Shown piece after piece: positions 20,497-30,772 of a DNA stretch of 57,927 bases. Each line of letters starts with the position of its first letter. Within the stretch, counting starts at the first letter, position 1. This DNA is from Bacteroidia bacterium. GTDB lineage: Bacteria; Bacteroidota; Bacteroidia; AKYH767-A; OLB10. The translations under genes and the position numbers were made by a program. The stretch covers positions 1 to 57,927 of the forward strand of contig JAEUTF010000058.1 in NCBI GenBank assembly GCA_016788185.1. Reading direction: 5' to 3'. The notes below the pieces were generated by a model. That model saw only the letters and a list, made by a program, of their open reading frames with translations. It did not search any database and was not told where the DNA came from.

Positions 20497-21777
20497 CTAA
20501 AGGGCGGAAAACGATTCCTTCCTGAAAAGGATAAACAGGAAAGCGGCAATGGCAGAGAGCATAAATAACAGGGTAATGATCCCAATGAAATTTGATTTTT
20601 TCCGGTTGACATGACTACCCATTACTTTTTTATTGTTGCAGATATGCAGAATGATGGCAATCAGCACAGGCGAGGTGACACCATAAGCAATGGCAGAAAC
20701 AATCAGGGCTCTGACCGGACTGATATCCAGAAACTGAATCAGAAAAGCAATGATTAACGAGACGATGATGACGCCGTAAAAGGCTTTTGCCTCATGGAAT
20801 TTTTTATCCAGGCCCTCCGTCCAGTTGAACGTTTCGGCAAGAATATACGAGAGCGATCCGGCCAGGACCGGAATCGCCAGCATTCCGGTTCCGATAACGC
20901 CGATCGCGAAAAGGTGGTAGGCATAACTGCCGCTCAGCGGCTTCAGGGCGATGGCCGCCTCATCAACGGTATTGATGGTGTGGATACCTGCCGGGAAAAG
21001 CACTGCGCCACTGGTGAGAACGATGAAAAAAAACACAAGGTTGGAGAATAAGATGCCGAAACGCACATCAAATCGCATTTCATCGATGAGGTGCTTATCC
21101 ACGATCAGCTTTTTGGATTGCATTTCTTCCACTTCCACAGAGGCCTGCCAGAAAAACAGATAGGGGGAAATGGTGGTACCCAGAATGCCGATCAGCGCTA
21201 GCAGGTAGGCTTCGCTGGCTTCGAAACTCGGCAGAAATGTGTTTTTTAATACATCCTTCCAGTTGATATCTCCCAAAAATGGAACAATACAATAACAGAA
21301 CAATACCATGCACAACCATTTCAGTATGGTGGCCAGTTTCCTGTAGGACAGAAAAATAATGCTCGTCATGATCAGGACCGTAAAGGCCAGTGAGAATTCG
21401 TGTCCGCTGATGTCGGGGTATAACATACTGGCCACCGCGCCCATACCGGCTAAGTCGGCACCGATGTTTAACACAATAGCGGGGAAACTGAAAAGTACAA
21501 CGATGTATAAAACCCATTGAGGATAGTGTCGCTTAACCGTTCCGGACAATCCTTCGCCGGTAACCATGCCGATTCGTGCACACATCTCCTGGATGGTGGC
21601 CATCATGGGATAGGTGATGATGGAGGTCCAGAGTAATTTATAACCGAATGCGGCTCCGGCCTGTGAGTACGTTGCTATTCCCGAAGGATCATCGTCGCTT
21701 GCTCCGGTAATTAATCCGGGTCCGATGGATTTCCAAATGCTGCCTCTCCGGGATTTCTTTTTTTCTTTTTTCACCAT
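20497..21777 (-). CDS. NRAMP-family divalent metal transporter
   Basis: GPGLITGASDDDPSGIATY and GTTISPYLFFWQ motifs; about 11 TM segments. Confidence 0.9.
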   Translation of the reverse strand: MVKKEKKKSRRGSIWKSIGPGLITGASDDDPSGIATYSQAGAAFGYKLLWTSIITYPMMATIQEMCARIGMVTGEGLSGTVKRHYPQWVLYIVVLFSFPAIVLNIGADLAGMGAVASMLYPDISGHEFSLAFTVLIMTSIIFLSYRKLATILKWLCMVLFCYCIVPFLGDINWKDVLKNTFLPSFEASEAYLLALIGILGTTISPYLFFWQASVEVEEMQSKKLIVDKHLIDEMRFDVRFGILFSNLVFFFIVLTSGAVLFPAGIHTINTVDEAAIALKPLSGSYAYHLFAIGVIGTGMLAIPVLAGSLSYILAETFNWTEGLDKKFHEAKAFYGVIIVSLIIAFLIQFLDISPVRALIVSAIAYGVTSPVLIAIILHICNNKKVMGSHVNRKKSNFIGIITLLFMLSAIAAFLFILFRKESFSAL

Positions 21778-21855
21778 CTACAGAAGGGATATTATAAAAC
21801 TAATGCAGAAAGTAATCCACCGGAAGGGAATGAAAGACGTGGTAATTAACAGGAT

Positions 21856-24800
21856 TCAACGGATCAGGATTAATTTTTTCTTCGTAACGGCCTTTCCCGA
21901 GTCGAGTACCTGTACGAGGTACAAACCATCCGCCAGGTTTTGAATGGGAAGATCCAGGCTTGATTTCGAGGTGCGTATGGTTTCCCCGACCAATTGACCG
22001 GAAGCGCTGAAAATTGAAATCTCATACGGACCCGGTGCATGGTTGCTGATCTGCAGACGGGCAATGTTTTTGGCAGGGTTGGGATGAATACTGAAGTTCT
22101 GAGTAGGCGCTAAGTCGTTTGTTCCGGTGGTACCGGTAATGCTGATGTCGTCAAGGGAAAATCCGGCATTCACCACATTGAAATCACTGATAAACCTGAA
22201 CCGAAGTTGCAGGTAGCTGTTCCCCCACGGACTGAGGTAGGAATAGCTGCTGGATTGCCAGCCGTTGGAAATGCCGCTCCATCCAATCTGACTTTGTGTG
22301 ATAGCAGAATTGTACCAGTTAATTCCGGCGGGGTCGTTCAGATTTCCCAGCCTCTGCCAGGTGTTTCCGTTGGTGGAATACTCCACAAACATTCCATCGG
22401 CTCCGGATTCAGATGAGTAATTCAACCAGAACTGAATGTTGATCTGGTTATAGGGACTCAGATCAAAGATCGGAGAGGTAAGTATGGCCTGGGCCAGGTT
22501 GTAATATGGACTGTTTAAATTAATATCCCAGCATGAATTACCGGAAAAGGTGGTGTTGAGGGGTGGAAAATTAGGTTGTCCGAGTTCCCAGTTGGTATTC
22601 CCGGGCCCTGTGTTATTTCCCCATCCATTCGATCCGGCTTCGAAGTCGTAGAAATAAGGCAAACCTGCGGTTACCACACCAAAGAAATTACTGCGTACTG
22701 TATCATTTCCCTGATACAGATCAGAGGGCCAGTCGATATAAACTTCGAGTGCATTGGGACCGCCGGCCGGTATAAGCGACGGGAGGGAGACCGGCACCAT
22801 TGAGTCGGTAAGCAGATTTCCGTTCCAGTTATAAATTACCGGACTGCCGCCGTTGAGCCGGTATACAATATTCAGGGTGCTGACCGGCAACGACCCCTTA
22901 TTCTGAAGGTAAACCTCCACATTGGTGGAAACCCCCTGAATGGCATTGCTGCCCGGAGACAAAATGGAAAGGAGCGCAGCGTCATTGCTGTACACCGTGG
23001 TGATGGCGAAATCATCAATGCTGACACCGTCCGTATTCTGTGAAAGGTCAGATGTAAAAACAAAGCGGAGTTGTATCGAGTTGTTAAGCGTTAAGGCATC
23101 CAGGTTATACTCACATTGAATCCAGCCGATGGAGCTGCCGGCCCAGCCGGGTTTGAAAGATGAATTCAGTGAACTGTCATTGTACCAGTTAATTCCGTTG
23201 GTATCGTTGAGGATACCCATGGTGTACCAATTGGTATCGTTCGCGGTTTTATAATCAATCCGCAGTCCATCCCAGAATTGTTCCGTGTTCCTGTTTTGTT
23301 TAAAGAGGATTCTGGGGTGTATCGAGCTACTGAGATCAAAAATGGGCGAATAGAGGCTGCAATGGGCTCCCGACTGGTATCCGCTGTTCAGGTTGATGTC
23401 CCAGGCCGAGGGAGCTGAATAGGCCCCGGTGGTGGCACCGTACTGAGGCGTTCCAAGTTCCCAGGTTGTTCCGGGGGTTCCTGTGTTTTCAGTGTACCAT
23501 CCCAGGTTGCCTGTGTCAAAGTCATCGATAAAAGTAGGGGTGTATTGATTGATTCCTGCCAACTGGAAACAGAATGAATTGTTGGTGCTGTCGGCATCGT
23601 TGTTGACGCTGATGGTGCCGCAAACCACATTGCTGGCCTGGCTGAGGATAAAGCCAGGTAAACTGATGATGGCCGTATCGCCGGGTAAAATCGTACTGAT
23701 CTGCGTCCCGCTGGTGATAAAAACTCCGTTTACCGAATAGGAAAAATTGAAATTACTGATGGCTTGTCCTCCGTGGTTGCGTACACTGAACAGGATGGGA
23801 TCGCTGGTGGTGCCCACCGCATAGGCCGGATTGCTGGTGCGAAGGTTTACCAGAGCGCCGTCATAGTCAGGAAGTGCTGCAATGGAGAAGTCATCGATGC
23901 TGATGCCCTGATAACTGACCGAGGGATCAGAGGTAAATACAAACCGGAAACGCACATTGTTTTGTCCGGTCAGGGCGGAGAGAATGTAACTGGATTGCTT
24001 CCAGGAATTTGAGTTTCCGGTCCAGGCGGCCTGGTTGGAAGATATAATGTTGTCATCGTTGTACCAGTTAATTCCTAAAGGGTCAGCATAGCTTCCCAGA
24101 ACCAGCCAGCTTAGCCCATTGTCGGTGGAATATTCCATGCGTGTGCCATCCCAGTTGCTTTCAACAAAGTAGTTCATCCAGAACGACAGCCTGCACAACC
24201 CAACAGAGCTCAGGTCAAAAGCGGGGGTGTTTAAAATGGCGTTCGCATTGCCGGAATAGGCCGTGTCAAGGTTGATGTCCCAACAGTAATTTCCGGAATG
24301 AGCGGAGGAGGTCTGCAGGTAGTTGGGTGTTCCGTATTCCCAGAGCGTGGCGTTGGGAGCTGTCTGGCTCCATCCGCCGTTTCCGCTTTCAAAATCTTCC
24401 AGGTAGGGTATAGTTTGCATTGGAAGTACACTAACGGACATGCAAAGCGTATCATTTCCGGAATTGGTATCGCCGGGTGAACTGGCAAAAGCGCAAAGTG
24501 TATTGTTACTGAGGGAAAATACGGAACTACCAAGGAGGAACGTGTCGGTTTGTCCTGGCAGTAAGCCGGCAAGGAATTGCACACCGGGGTAGGGGGTTCC
24601 GTTAATTGTGTATCCGCAGTTCACCGTGTCGAGGGTAAAGGCGGAGACATTCTGAACCACGATCCGGATGTTCTGAAGGCCACCGTTTACAATGGCTGAA
24701 GGCGATAAGATGCTCAGCAGGGCGACATCAGCTGCAGCGAATGGGTATTCAGCCAGGCTTACATCGTCCAGGAAGATACCGGGTTGCGCGCTGCCAAAAG

Positions 24801-25383
24801 AGCTATTGCTTCTGAATACAAATCTGAACCGGATGCTGTCAGGGCTGCCCAGGAAATCAAGAGAGATTCCTGATTGCAGCCAGCCGTTTGAATTCCCGGT
24901 AAAAGCGGCTTGCCCGGTTGAGAAGATAGAGGAGGAATTGTACCAGTTTGCTCCGAAAGGGGTTCCATAGGCACCGAGTAAATTCCAGTTAACATCATCG
25001 GTTGAATACTCCATGTGCATACCATCAAGACCCGATGACATATACCTGAATTGACGGAAACTGAAATAGGGTTGTGTTAAAGAGGCAATATAGAATTTTG
25101 GTGAGCTGAGATAGGCAAATGATCCGGCACGGTATCCCGAATCAAGATCTGTTCCCCAGCAATTGGGGGAACTGTATGCACCCTGTGTTCCCGGTGCTGA
25201 GGGGAGGCCGAGTTCCCAGCCAGTGCCGCTTTGGGTAAGCGAATTCCAGTTGCCATTGCCATTGTCAAAATTCTCGAAATAGGGAAAGCTGCTAACCTGC
25301 GCCACACTGAACTGACAGGATACGATAAAAAACAGTATACATCCGGATAGGATGTTGAGGAAGCAGGAGCAGGGCCTTTCCAT
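21856..25383 (-). CDS. large T9SS-secreted repeat protein (4 MAM/adhesin-like modules alternating with Ig/CARDB-like domains)
   Basis: Four copies of PY..F..G..W...WE.G.P...W..L...Y...SP.F...DG...RF.F.S...G..IDD; C-terminal IHPNP...GLYLV sorting domain. Confidence 0.8.
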   Translation of the reverse strand: MERPCSCFLNILSGCILFFIVSCQFSVAQVSSFPYFENFDNGNGNWNSLTQSGTGWELGLPSAPGTQGAYSSPNCWGTDLDSGYRAGSFAYLSSPKFYIASLTQPYFSFRQFRYMSSGLDGMHMEYSTDDVNWNLLGAYGTPFGANWYNSSSIFSTGQAAFTGNSNGWLQSGISLDFLGSPDSIRFRFVFRSNSSFGSAQPGIFLDDVSLAEYPFAAADVALLSILSPSAIVNGGLQNIRIVVQNVSAFTLDTVNCGYTINGTPYPGVQFLAGLLPGQTDTFLLGSSVFSLSNNTLCAFASSPGDTNSGNDTLCMSVSVLPMQTIPYLEDFESGNGGWSQTAPNATLWEYGTPNYLQTSSAHSGNYCWDINLDTAYSGNANAILNTPAFDLSSVGLCRLSFWMNYFVESNWDGTRMEYSTDNGLSWLVLGSYADPLGINWYNDDNIISSNQAAWTGNSNSWKQSSYILSALTGQNNVRFRFVFTSDPSVSYQGISIDDFSIAALPDYDGALVNLRTSNPAYAVGTTSDPILFSVRNHGGQAISNFNFSYSVNGVFITSGTQISTILPGDTAIISLPGFILSQASNVVCGTISVNNDADSTNNSFCFQLAGINQYTPTFIDDFDTGNLGWYTENTGTPGTTWELGTPQYGATTGAYSAPSAWDINLNSGYQSGAHCSLYSPIFDLSSSIHPRILFKQNRNTEQFWDGLRIDYKTANDTNWYTMGILNDTNGINWYNDSSLNSSFKPGWAGSSIGWIQCEYNLDALTLNNSIQLRFVFTSDLSQNTDGVSIDDFAITTVYSNDAALLSILSPGSNAIQGVSTNVEVYLQNKGSLPVSTLNIVYRLNGGSPVIYNWNGNLLTDSMVPVSLPSLIPAGGPNALEVYIDWPSDLYQGNDTVRSNFFGVVTAGLPYFYDFEAGSNGWGNNTGPGNTNWELGQPNFPPLNTTFSGNSCWDINLNSPYYNLAQAILTSPIFDLSPYNQINIQFWLNYSSESGADGMFVEYSTNGNTWQRLGNLNDPAGINWYNSAITQSQIGWSGISNGWQSSSYSYLSPWGNSYLQLRFRFISDFNVVNAGFSLDDISITGTTGTNDLAPTQNFSIHPNPAKNIARLQISNHAPGPYEISIFSASGQLVGETIRTSKSSLDLPIQNLADGLYLVQVLDSGKAVTKKKLILIR

Positions 25384-25630
25384 GAATGTTGAAGGATGGG
25401 TGTCGGATGAGTAAAGTTATCAAAATTCAATCAGCTTCAGGCCCGGTCCTCTTTTCCACCCCCAGGAATCCTTAATGGTGCGCAGGAATGTGCTTTTTCT
25501 CCTAATTTCCAGGCTCTTCCATACCGATGACGGACTTGCCTTTTTTATCGAAAAGATTGGATTTTTAAGGTATTTTAAGTGGAAAGCTCAGATCATTTGA
25601 GTTACTTTGAGAACACTTAATTCTAAAGCC

Positions 25631-27016
25631 ATGAAAAAACTATTACTGGTTATCCTGCTTTCCATCGGCTTCACTGCCAATACCAGGGCCTCTCACATGA
25701 TGGGAGGGCAAATCACGCTGGAACATGTCAGCGGGATGGATTATCATTTGGTGTATACTGCGTACAGGGATATGACAGGTATTCCGATTGCCCTGGTGTC
25801 GAATATTAATTTCGTGGATTCATTATCAGGGACCAGTTTCCAGATTGCTATCCCTTACGATACATCGGTCACAGTGTTGGTTCCGGGTGTTGAACAGTAC
25901 GTGTATGATACGATCATCACGTTCCCTTCTACGGGCCAGTGGTATATTTCATACCAGGAATGCTGCCGGAATGCAGCCATTCTGAATATGACCAGTCCGG
26001 GAGGAGAATACCACCATTTTTATTCCATTGTGCAGATTGATTCATCCAATTCCACTCCCGTTTTCCTGAACCCGCCCATTGTGCTGGCGCAGGATAGTGT
26101 ACCTTTCTATTACAATCCGCTTCCTTTCGATGCCGACGGTGACTCCATTGCCTGGTCATTGGATGTTCCGCTTTCCAACAACGGAACACCGGTTGCAGGG
26201 TATACTTTACCGCCTTCTGATTCATTGGTGCCTTTCAACATGGATCCGATTACCGGAGAAATTACGTTCCTTCCGAATACATTGGGTAATTTCCAGGTTT
26301 CTGTCAGAGTGAAGGAGTACCGGAACGGTATTCAAATCGGGGAGATTACACGCGATATGCAAATTATTGTGGTGCCAAGTCCGAACATTCCGGTCGTAGC
26401 CATGATCAATGCCAATACGGCGCCCTTCAATGGGAAATCCTACACCATCGCTCCCGGTGCAGCCTTCAGCATGAACATTACCGTGTTTGATCAGGATATT
26501 CAGGCGGTAAGCATCAGCGGATCGGGTGAACCCTTCCTGCTTGCTGCTAATCCTGCTGTCTTGTCAGTCACCAATGGAACAGGATCGGCTTCCGCCAGCG
26601 TTACCTGGACTCCGAATGCTGCACAGGCCAGAACTGCTCCTTATGTCATCGGTTTAAGGATTTCTGAACCGTACCTTAACTATGTATTTCAAAGCGATAT
26701 TTCTGTGACCTTACGTGTGGGCATAGGAACTACAGGGTTGAACGAGAATGAAAAACAACAGGCGGTGCTGATTTCACCGAATCCCTCCGATGGTAATTTC
26801 AATATCCAGTTTTCAGCTGCGTCAGCTGATCCTGTATTGGTTAGAATCATGAGTGTGGATGGAAAAGTTGCAGCCTCCTTTACCAACGAAATGATTCAAA
26901 GTGGACTGAATTTAATTCAGGTCAACAATTTGAATTTGTCGAAAGGAGCATACCTCGTTCAGCTGGAACAAAGCGGCCGCTTGGTCGGTACTCAGCGCAT
27001 GGTGATCCATCAGTAA
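25631..27016 (+). CDS. T9SS type A sorting domain-containing secreted protein (ASH..GG / CCRN family)
   Basis: Signal peptide, ASHMMGGQIT, YRD, ECCRNA, NSTPVF and DADGDS motifs; C-terminal ISPNPS...GAYLV. Confidence 0.8.
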   Translation: MKKLLLVILLSIGFTANTRASHMMGGQITLEHVSGMDYHLVYTAYRDMTGIPIALVSNINFVDSLSGTSFQIAIPYDTSVTVLVPGVEQYVYDTIITFPSTGQWYISYQECCRNAAILNMTSPGGEYHHFYSIVQIDSSNSTPVFLNPPIVLAQDSVPFYYNPLPFDADGDSIAWSLDVPLSNNGTPVAGYTLPPSDSLVPFNMDPITGEITFLPNTLGNFQVSVRVKEYRNGIQIGEITRDMQIIVVPSPNIPVVAMINANTAPFNGKSYTIAPGAAFSMNITVFDQDIQAVSISGSGEPFLLAANPAVLSVTNGTGSASASVTWTPNAAQARTAPYVIGLRISEPYLNYVFQSDISVTLRVGIGTTGLNENEKQQAVLISPNPSDGNFNIQFSAASADPVLVRIMSVDGKVAASFTNEMIQSGLNLIQVNNLNLSKGAYLVQLEQSGRLVGTQRMVIHQ

Positions 27017-27030
27017 AAGCAAAACAATGA

Positions 27031-27072
27031 AGAAGGGGATTGCCTGTCCAGGCAATCCCCTCTTTTATTTTT
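27031..27072 (+). terminator. intrinsic terminator
   Basis: ggggattgcct-gtcc-aggcaatcccc hairpin followed by a T-rich tail. Confidence 0.8.
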
Positions 27073-27176
27073 CGCTCATGGAGTAAGGCCGGTTTCATAC
27101 ATTTTTCATCATCAAGCAAGAAACAGTACCAAATTTGGAATAATCTTTGAATGCTCACACCGATCTACATCAAACT

Positions 27177-27716
27177 ATGAAGAAATACAAGATCTTACCC
27201 GGCGTTATGTTTTTATTCCTTCTTGCTTCCTGTGCTCCCAAAATACCTTTTACGCAGGCGATCCGTGAGCAATATAAACTGAGCCCGGAGGAGATGAAGG
27301 GTATACAGTATTATCTTTCTGATCCTGTGGCTTTGAGGAGGGGTGAAACCAATGAAAATCAAAAGAGCACGGAGGATGGTAAACTGGTGGTGGAAAGTGG
27401 CCGATCGATTGATCAGGTGACGATTAAAGCCAACACCGAAGGGGCCATGGAGCAGGCGGTGGATTTAAAAACCATTACAGTTGCATTTGAAGAAGGCGCA
27501 GAGAAGCAACTGGTTTTCAGCAGCAACAGAAGCAGAAACGGGTATTATACTTTACAGGCGCTTTCCTGGGAGAATGGGCGGGGAAAAATCAATTATGGTG
27601 GTCAAACCTGGTATTCGAATCCGGGGAGTGATAAAGCCATCCTGCTTTTTAAAATGAAAAGCATCCGTAAACTTCGGGTGAATGAAAAGGTCGCCAGAGG
27701 GCGCAAAGTGAACTGA
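27177..27716 (+). CDS. hypothetical lipoprotein
   Basis: MKKY...LLASC lipobox; basic C-terminus; no recognised family. Confidence 0.7.
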   Translation: MKKYKILPGVMFLFLLASCAPKIPFTQAIREQYKLSPEEMKGIQYYLSDPVALRRGETNENQKSTEDGKLVVESGRSIDQVTIKANTEGAMEQAVDLKTITVAFEEGAEKQLVFSSNRSRNGYYTLQALSWENGRGKINYGGQTWYSNPGSDKAILLFKMKSIRKLRVNEKVARGRKVN

Positions 27717-27751
27717 TCGCTGGTCAGCACTTCGCCTGATCTTGCACGAAC

Positions 27752-28633
27752 CTATCCCTGAAGAAGGCTTCGCTTTTTGTAAGTGAAATATCCATGCAAC
27801 ACGACGGCCAGCAGGATGACGGAGCTCCCGATGTAAAATTCAGTAACCAGCATTTTATGTTCGTTGTAAATCAGAATCGCCAGAACGATGCTGTACAAGG
27901 GCTCCAGGTTTACGCTCAGGTTCATGGTGAAGGCGTCAATCTTCTGCAAGGCATGCAGGGAAAGGGTCATGGCAAAAGTGGTGCATACAATGCTAAGGAT
28001 TAACAGGTAAAAAAGGTCTTCGCCGGATGGGTACAGGAAGTTGCTGCCATTGATGGAAAACCACAAGGGCAACAACAAGGTTAAGAGAATGAACCCCGTT
28101 CCCAGTTCGTAAAAAGTAATGACGGAGGGATCTATTTTTGAACTGATCCGCTTATTCAGGATGGTGAACACTGAGGCCAGGAATGCACTGGCAAGTGAAA
28201 GCAGAATGCCCTTCAGATAATATTCCTGTACCGAGAAAATGATGTAGATTCCTGCCATCACACCCAGGCCCAGGCCTATCTCGGAAGCCTTGGGCCTTTT
28301 CCCTTTGAGAAGAGGATCAAGCAGAGCGGTAAAAAGAGCCACACTGGAAAAGCAGGAAATGGCAATCGATACATTGGAGGCTTTTATGGCTCCGTAAAAA
28401 GTAATCCAGTGCAGGGTGATGACAAATCCAATGCCGGCCACATGAAGTAATTGAGCCGGTCTGAGCGGTTGTAATTTCCTTCCTGCAAGCAGGAACAGAA
28501 CCATGGCAATGGCGCTGAAGAGCATACGGTACCACACCAGCAGGCCCTCGTCCAGTTGAATGGCTTTCCCGAGAATGGCGGTGAATCCCCAGAGCAAGAT
28601 CGCTGTATGCATCTGGAGATATGCTTTACGCAT
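27752..28633 (-). CDS. DMT/EamA family transporter
   Basis: About 10 TM segments; LWGFTAILGK, HWITFY and NLEPLY motifs. Confidence 0.88.
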   Translation of the reverse strand: MRKAYLQMHTAILLWGFTAILGKAIQLDEGLLVWYRMLFSAIAMVLFLLAGRKLQPLRPAQLLHVAGIGFVITLHWITFYGAIKASNVSIAISCFSSVALFTALLDPLLKGKRPKASEIGLGLGVMAGIYIIFSVQEYYLKGILLSLASAFLASVFTILNKRISSKIDPSVITFYELGTGFILLTLLLPLWFSINGSNFLYPSGEDLFYLLILSIVCTTFAMTLSLHALQKIDAFTMNLSVNLEPLYSIVLAILIYNEHKMLVTEFYIGSSVILLAVVLHGYFTYKKRSLLQG

Positions 28634-28635
28634 CT

Positions 28636-29229
28636 TTAAAAACGGAGCAGGTTTTCGTAGAGTTCTTTGGTAGGTAAGCCAACTACATTGTAATAGGAAC
28701 CTAAAATATATTCAATTCCGACCATGCCAATCCAGTCCTGTATACCATAGGCGCCGGCTTTGTCAAGGGGGGAATAGTTTTCCAGGTAATATTCAATTTC
28801 ATTGTCACGAAGCATTTTAAAGGAAACTTCGGTCTTGACAAAAAAAGATTCCGATTTTCTGGCCGACATGATACAAACACCGGTTATCACGGAATGCTTC
28901 CTGCCGGAAAGTAATTTTAACATCCGCTCCGCATCCTTCAGGTCAGCAGGCTTTCCGATAATCAATTCATCCAGGGCCACAATCGTATCCGCAGTGATGA
29001 CGATTCCTCCGCCCGCAACATCATTCTTGAAAGCCAGTGATTTTTTCCGCGCCAGAAACATCGCAATGTCTTCTCTTCTGAACTGGTCCGGAAAAGATTC
29101 ATCAATATCTTTTTTGAGGATTTCGTATTTTAATCCTAACTGTTTAAACAATTCTTCTCTCCTTGGAGAATTTGATCCCAGTATAATCCTGGTTCCTTCA
29201 AATTTGCTTTGTAAGGGGTTCATGGTCAT
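28636..29229 (-). CDS. maf: Maf-family nucleotide pyrophosphatase
   Basis: ILGSNSPRR, ADTIV, GKP, DKAGAYGIQ and NVVGLP motifs; exact start uncertain (29235, 29229 or 29223). Confidence 0.92.
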   Translation of the reverse strand: MTMNPLQSKFEGTRIILGSNSPRREELFKQLGLKYEILKKDIDESFPDQFRREDIAMFLARKKSLAFKNDVAGGGIVITADTIVALDELIIGKPADLKDAERMLKLLSGRKHSVITGVCIMSARKSESFFVKTEVSFKMLRDNEIEYYLENYSPLDKAGAYGIQDWIGMVGIEYILGSYYNVVGLPTKELYENLLRF

Positions 29230-29231
29230 AA

Positions 29232-30140
29232 TCAATTGAAACTGTAATAGAATACTGCTAATGAAATGATACCGGTAAACATAGTTATTTTAAGCCATAA
29301 ACTGGCATTGGAATAGTCTGATTTCTCACGTGCTTTCATCAGTTTTATACAGAGGATCAGCAAGGGGAAATCTACGAAGACAAGGATAAAATAAAAAGGA
29401 AGCGGGGTTTCCCATTGTCTGCTCAGTATCTGAATGCCTGCCAGTAAAACAAGAAGCAGGAGGGTAAGCACGATGCTTGTGAATTTACTGATCCCGGGTC
29501 CCAGCCAGGTAGGTAGGGTCTGGCATCCGTTCTTCCGGTCGCCTTCAAGATCCTCAATATCCTTAATCAATTCCCGGATAAAGGTGGTGATAAATGAAAA
29601 AAACATATAGGCTCCCACCATGAGCATCACGGCAGGGTTTTCTTTGGCAAAGGGCTCAGGCAAAATCACCATAAAAATAACCAGTGCCGACAAGAGGGAA
29701 ATGATCACATTGCCGAGCAACGGGATGCATTTATAGGAAGTGGAGTAAAAATAAAGCAGGCCCGCACAAACCATGTTGATCATGGCGATATAGGAATACC
29801 CTTGAACATAGGTCAGAAAAAAACCACCGGCAATTCCCAGAAAGGTCAATACCAGATAATAAGTGTGTGCCGACTCCTTTGAAATACCGGACCCGATAAT
29901 TTTTCTTTCTGGTTTATTGATGGCATCGATGTCGGCATCTTCAATATCGTTGATCACATAGCCTCCTGCAGCAATACAGACACAGGAAAGCACCAGAACG
30001 AAGAATTCGAAACCGGTGAGAAGTAATCCTTTATTATCAAACTCGAGCAGGGGGGAAGCCAGGGCATACCGCACCAGGTATTGTAAAAGTACAATCATGG
30101 CCAGGTTCGGCCATCGTGCGAGTTGGAGGTAATTTACCAT
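29232..30140 (-). CDS. UbiA-family prenyltransferase (DGGGP synthase-like)
   Basis: GYVINDIEDADIDAINKP and RELIKDIEDLEGD Asp-rich motifs; multiple TM segments. Confidence 0.85.
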   Translation of the reverse strand: MVNYLQLARWPNLAMIVLLQYLVRYALASPLLEFDNKGLLLTGFEFFVLVLSCVCIAAGGYVINDIEDADIDAINKPERKIIGSGISKESAHTYYLVLTFLGIAGGFFLTYVQGYSYIAMINMVCAGLLYFYSTSYKCIPLLGNVIISLLSALVIFMVILPEPFAKENPAVMLMVGAYMFFSFITTFIRELIKDIEDLEGDRKNGCQTLPTWLGPGISKFTSIVLTLLLLVLLAGIQILSRQWETPLPFYFILVFVDFPLLILCIKLMKAREKSDYSNASLWLKITMFTGIISLAVFYYSFN

Positions 30141-30170
30141 TGCAATCAACCTTGGTCAGTTCCGGATGTA

Positions 30171-30680
30171 TTACTGCCAGTCTCCTTTTAATTGCAAAAC
30201 CTGCTCTATAACATCGCGCACGCAACCCTTTCCACCGGGTATCATGGAAATGTAATGGCATACTTCCCTGATCTGGTGAACAGCATCGGACGGACAAGTT
30301 CTGATTCCGCAATGTTTCAAGACCTCAAGATCCGGCATATCATCTCCCATGTACAGCACTTCACCTGCAGAAATCCGGTGCTTCAGGAGCAGATTCTCGA
30401 GCTTTGAAAGTTTATTTTCTATTCCGATGTGTACCTCATCGATCCCCAGCCTTTCCAGTCTTTTGGCAACACCCTCCGGCGTACTTCCGCTGATCACAAA
30501 AATGAAATAACCTTTTTTGGCGGCCAGCTGAATGGCATAACCATCCTTGATATTCATGGTCCTGAACATGGACCCATCGGGCTGAATAAGCAGACTGCCG
30601 TCGGTCAGCACACCGTCAACATCAAATACGAAGCAACGAACTTTCTTTAATAATTCCTTGAAATTAACCTCTGTAAGCAT
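30171..30680 (-). CDS. kdsC: KdsC-family HAD phosphatase
   Basis: FDVDGVLTDG, KDG, YMGDDMPD and GGKGCVRD motifs. Confidence 0.85.
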   Translation of the reverse strand: MLTEVNFKELLKKVRCFVFDVDGVLTDGSLLIQPDGSMFRTMNIKDGYAIQLAAKKGYFIFVISGSTPEGVAKRLERLGIDEVHIGIENKLSKLENLLLKHRISAGEVLYMGDDMPDLEVLKHCGIRTCPSDAVHQIREVCHYISMIPGGKGCVRDVIEQVLQLKGDWQ

Positions 30681-30772
30681 GGCTGTAAAGATAGTGGAAT
30701 TGAATACGATAATGTGGTCGTGTAGGAACTCCTGATGGTGAAAAGACGCTGCCGGTAACCGGCCTTTTCAAG

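Noticed and set aside
20271-27016. Genomic island downstream of tRNA-Leu
   Set aside because: No integrase, no duplicated tRNA-Leu 3' end noticed and no obvious compositional shift; the 97-aa ORF 20319-20612 overlaps NRAMP and looks spurious.
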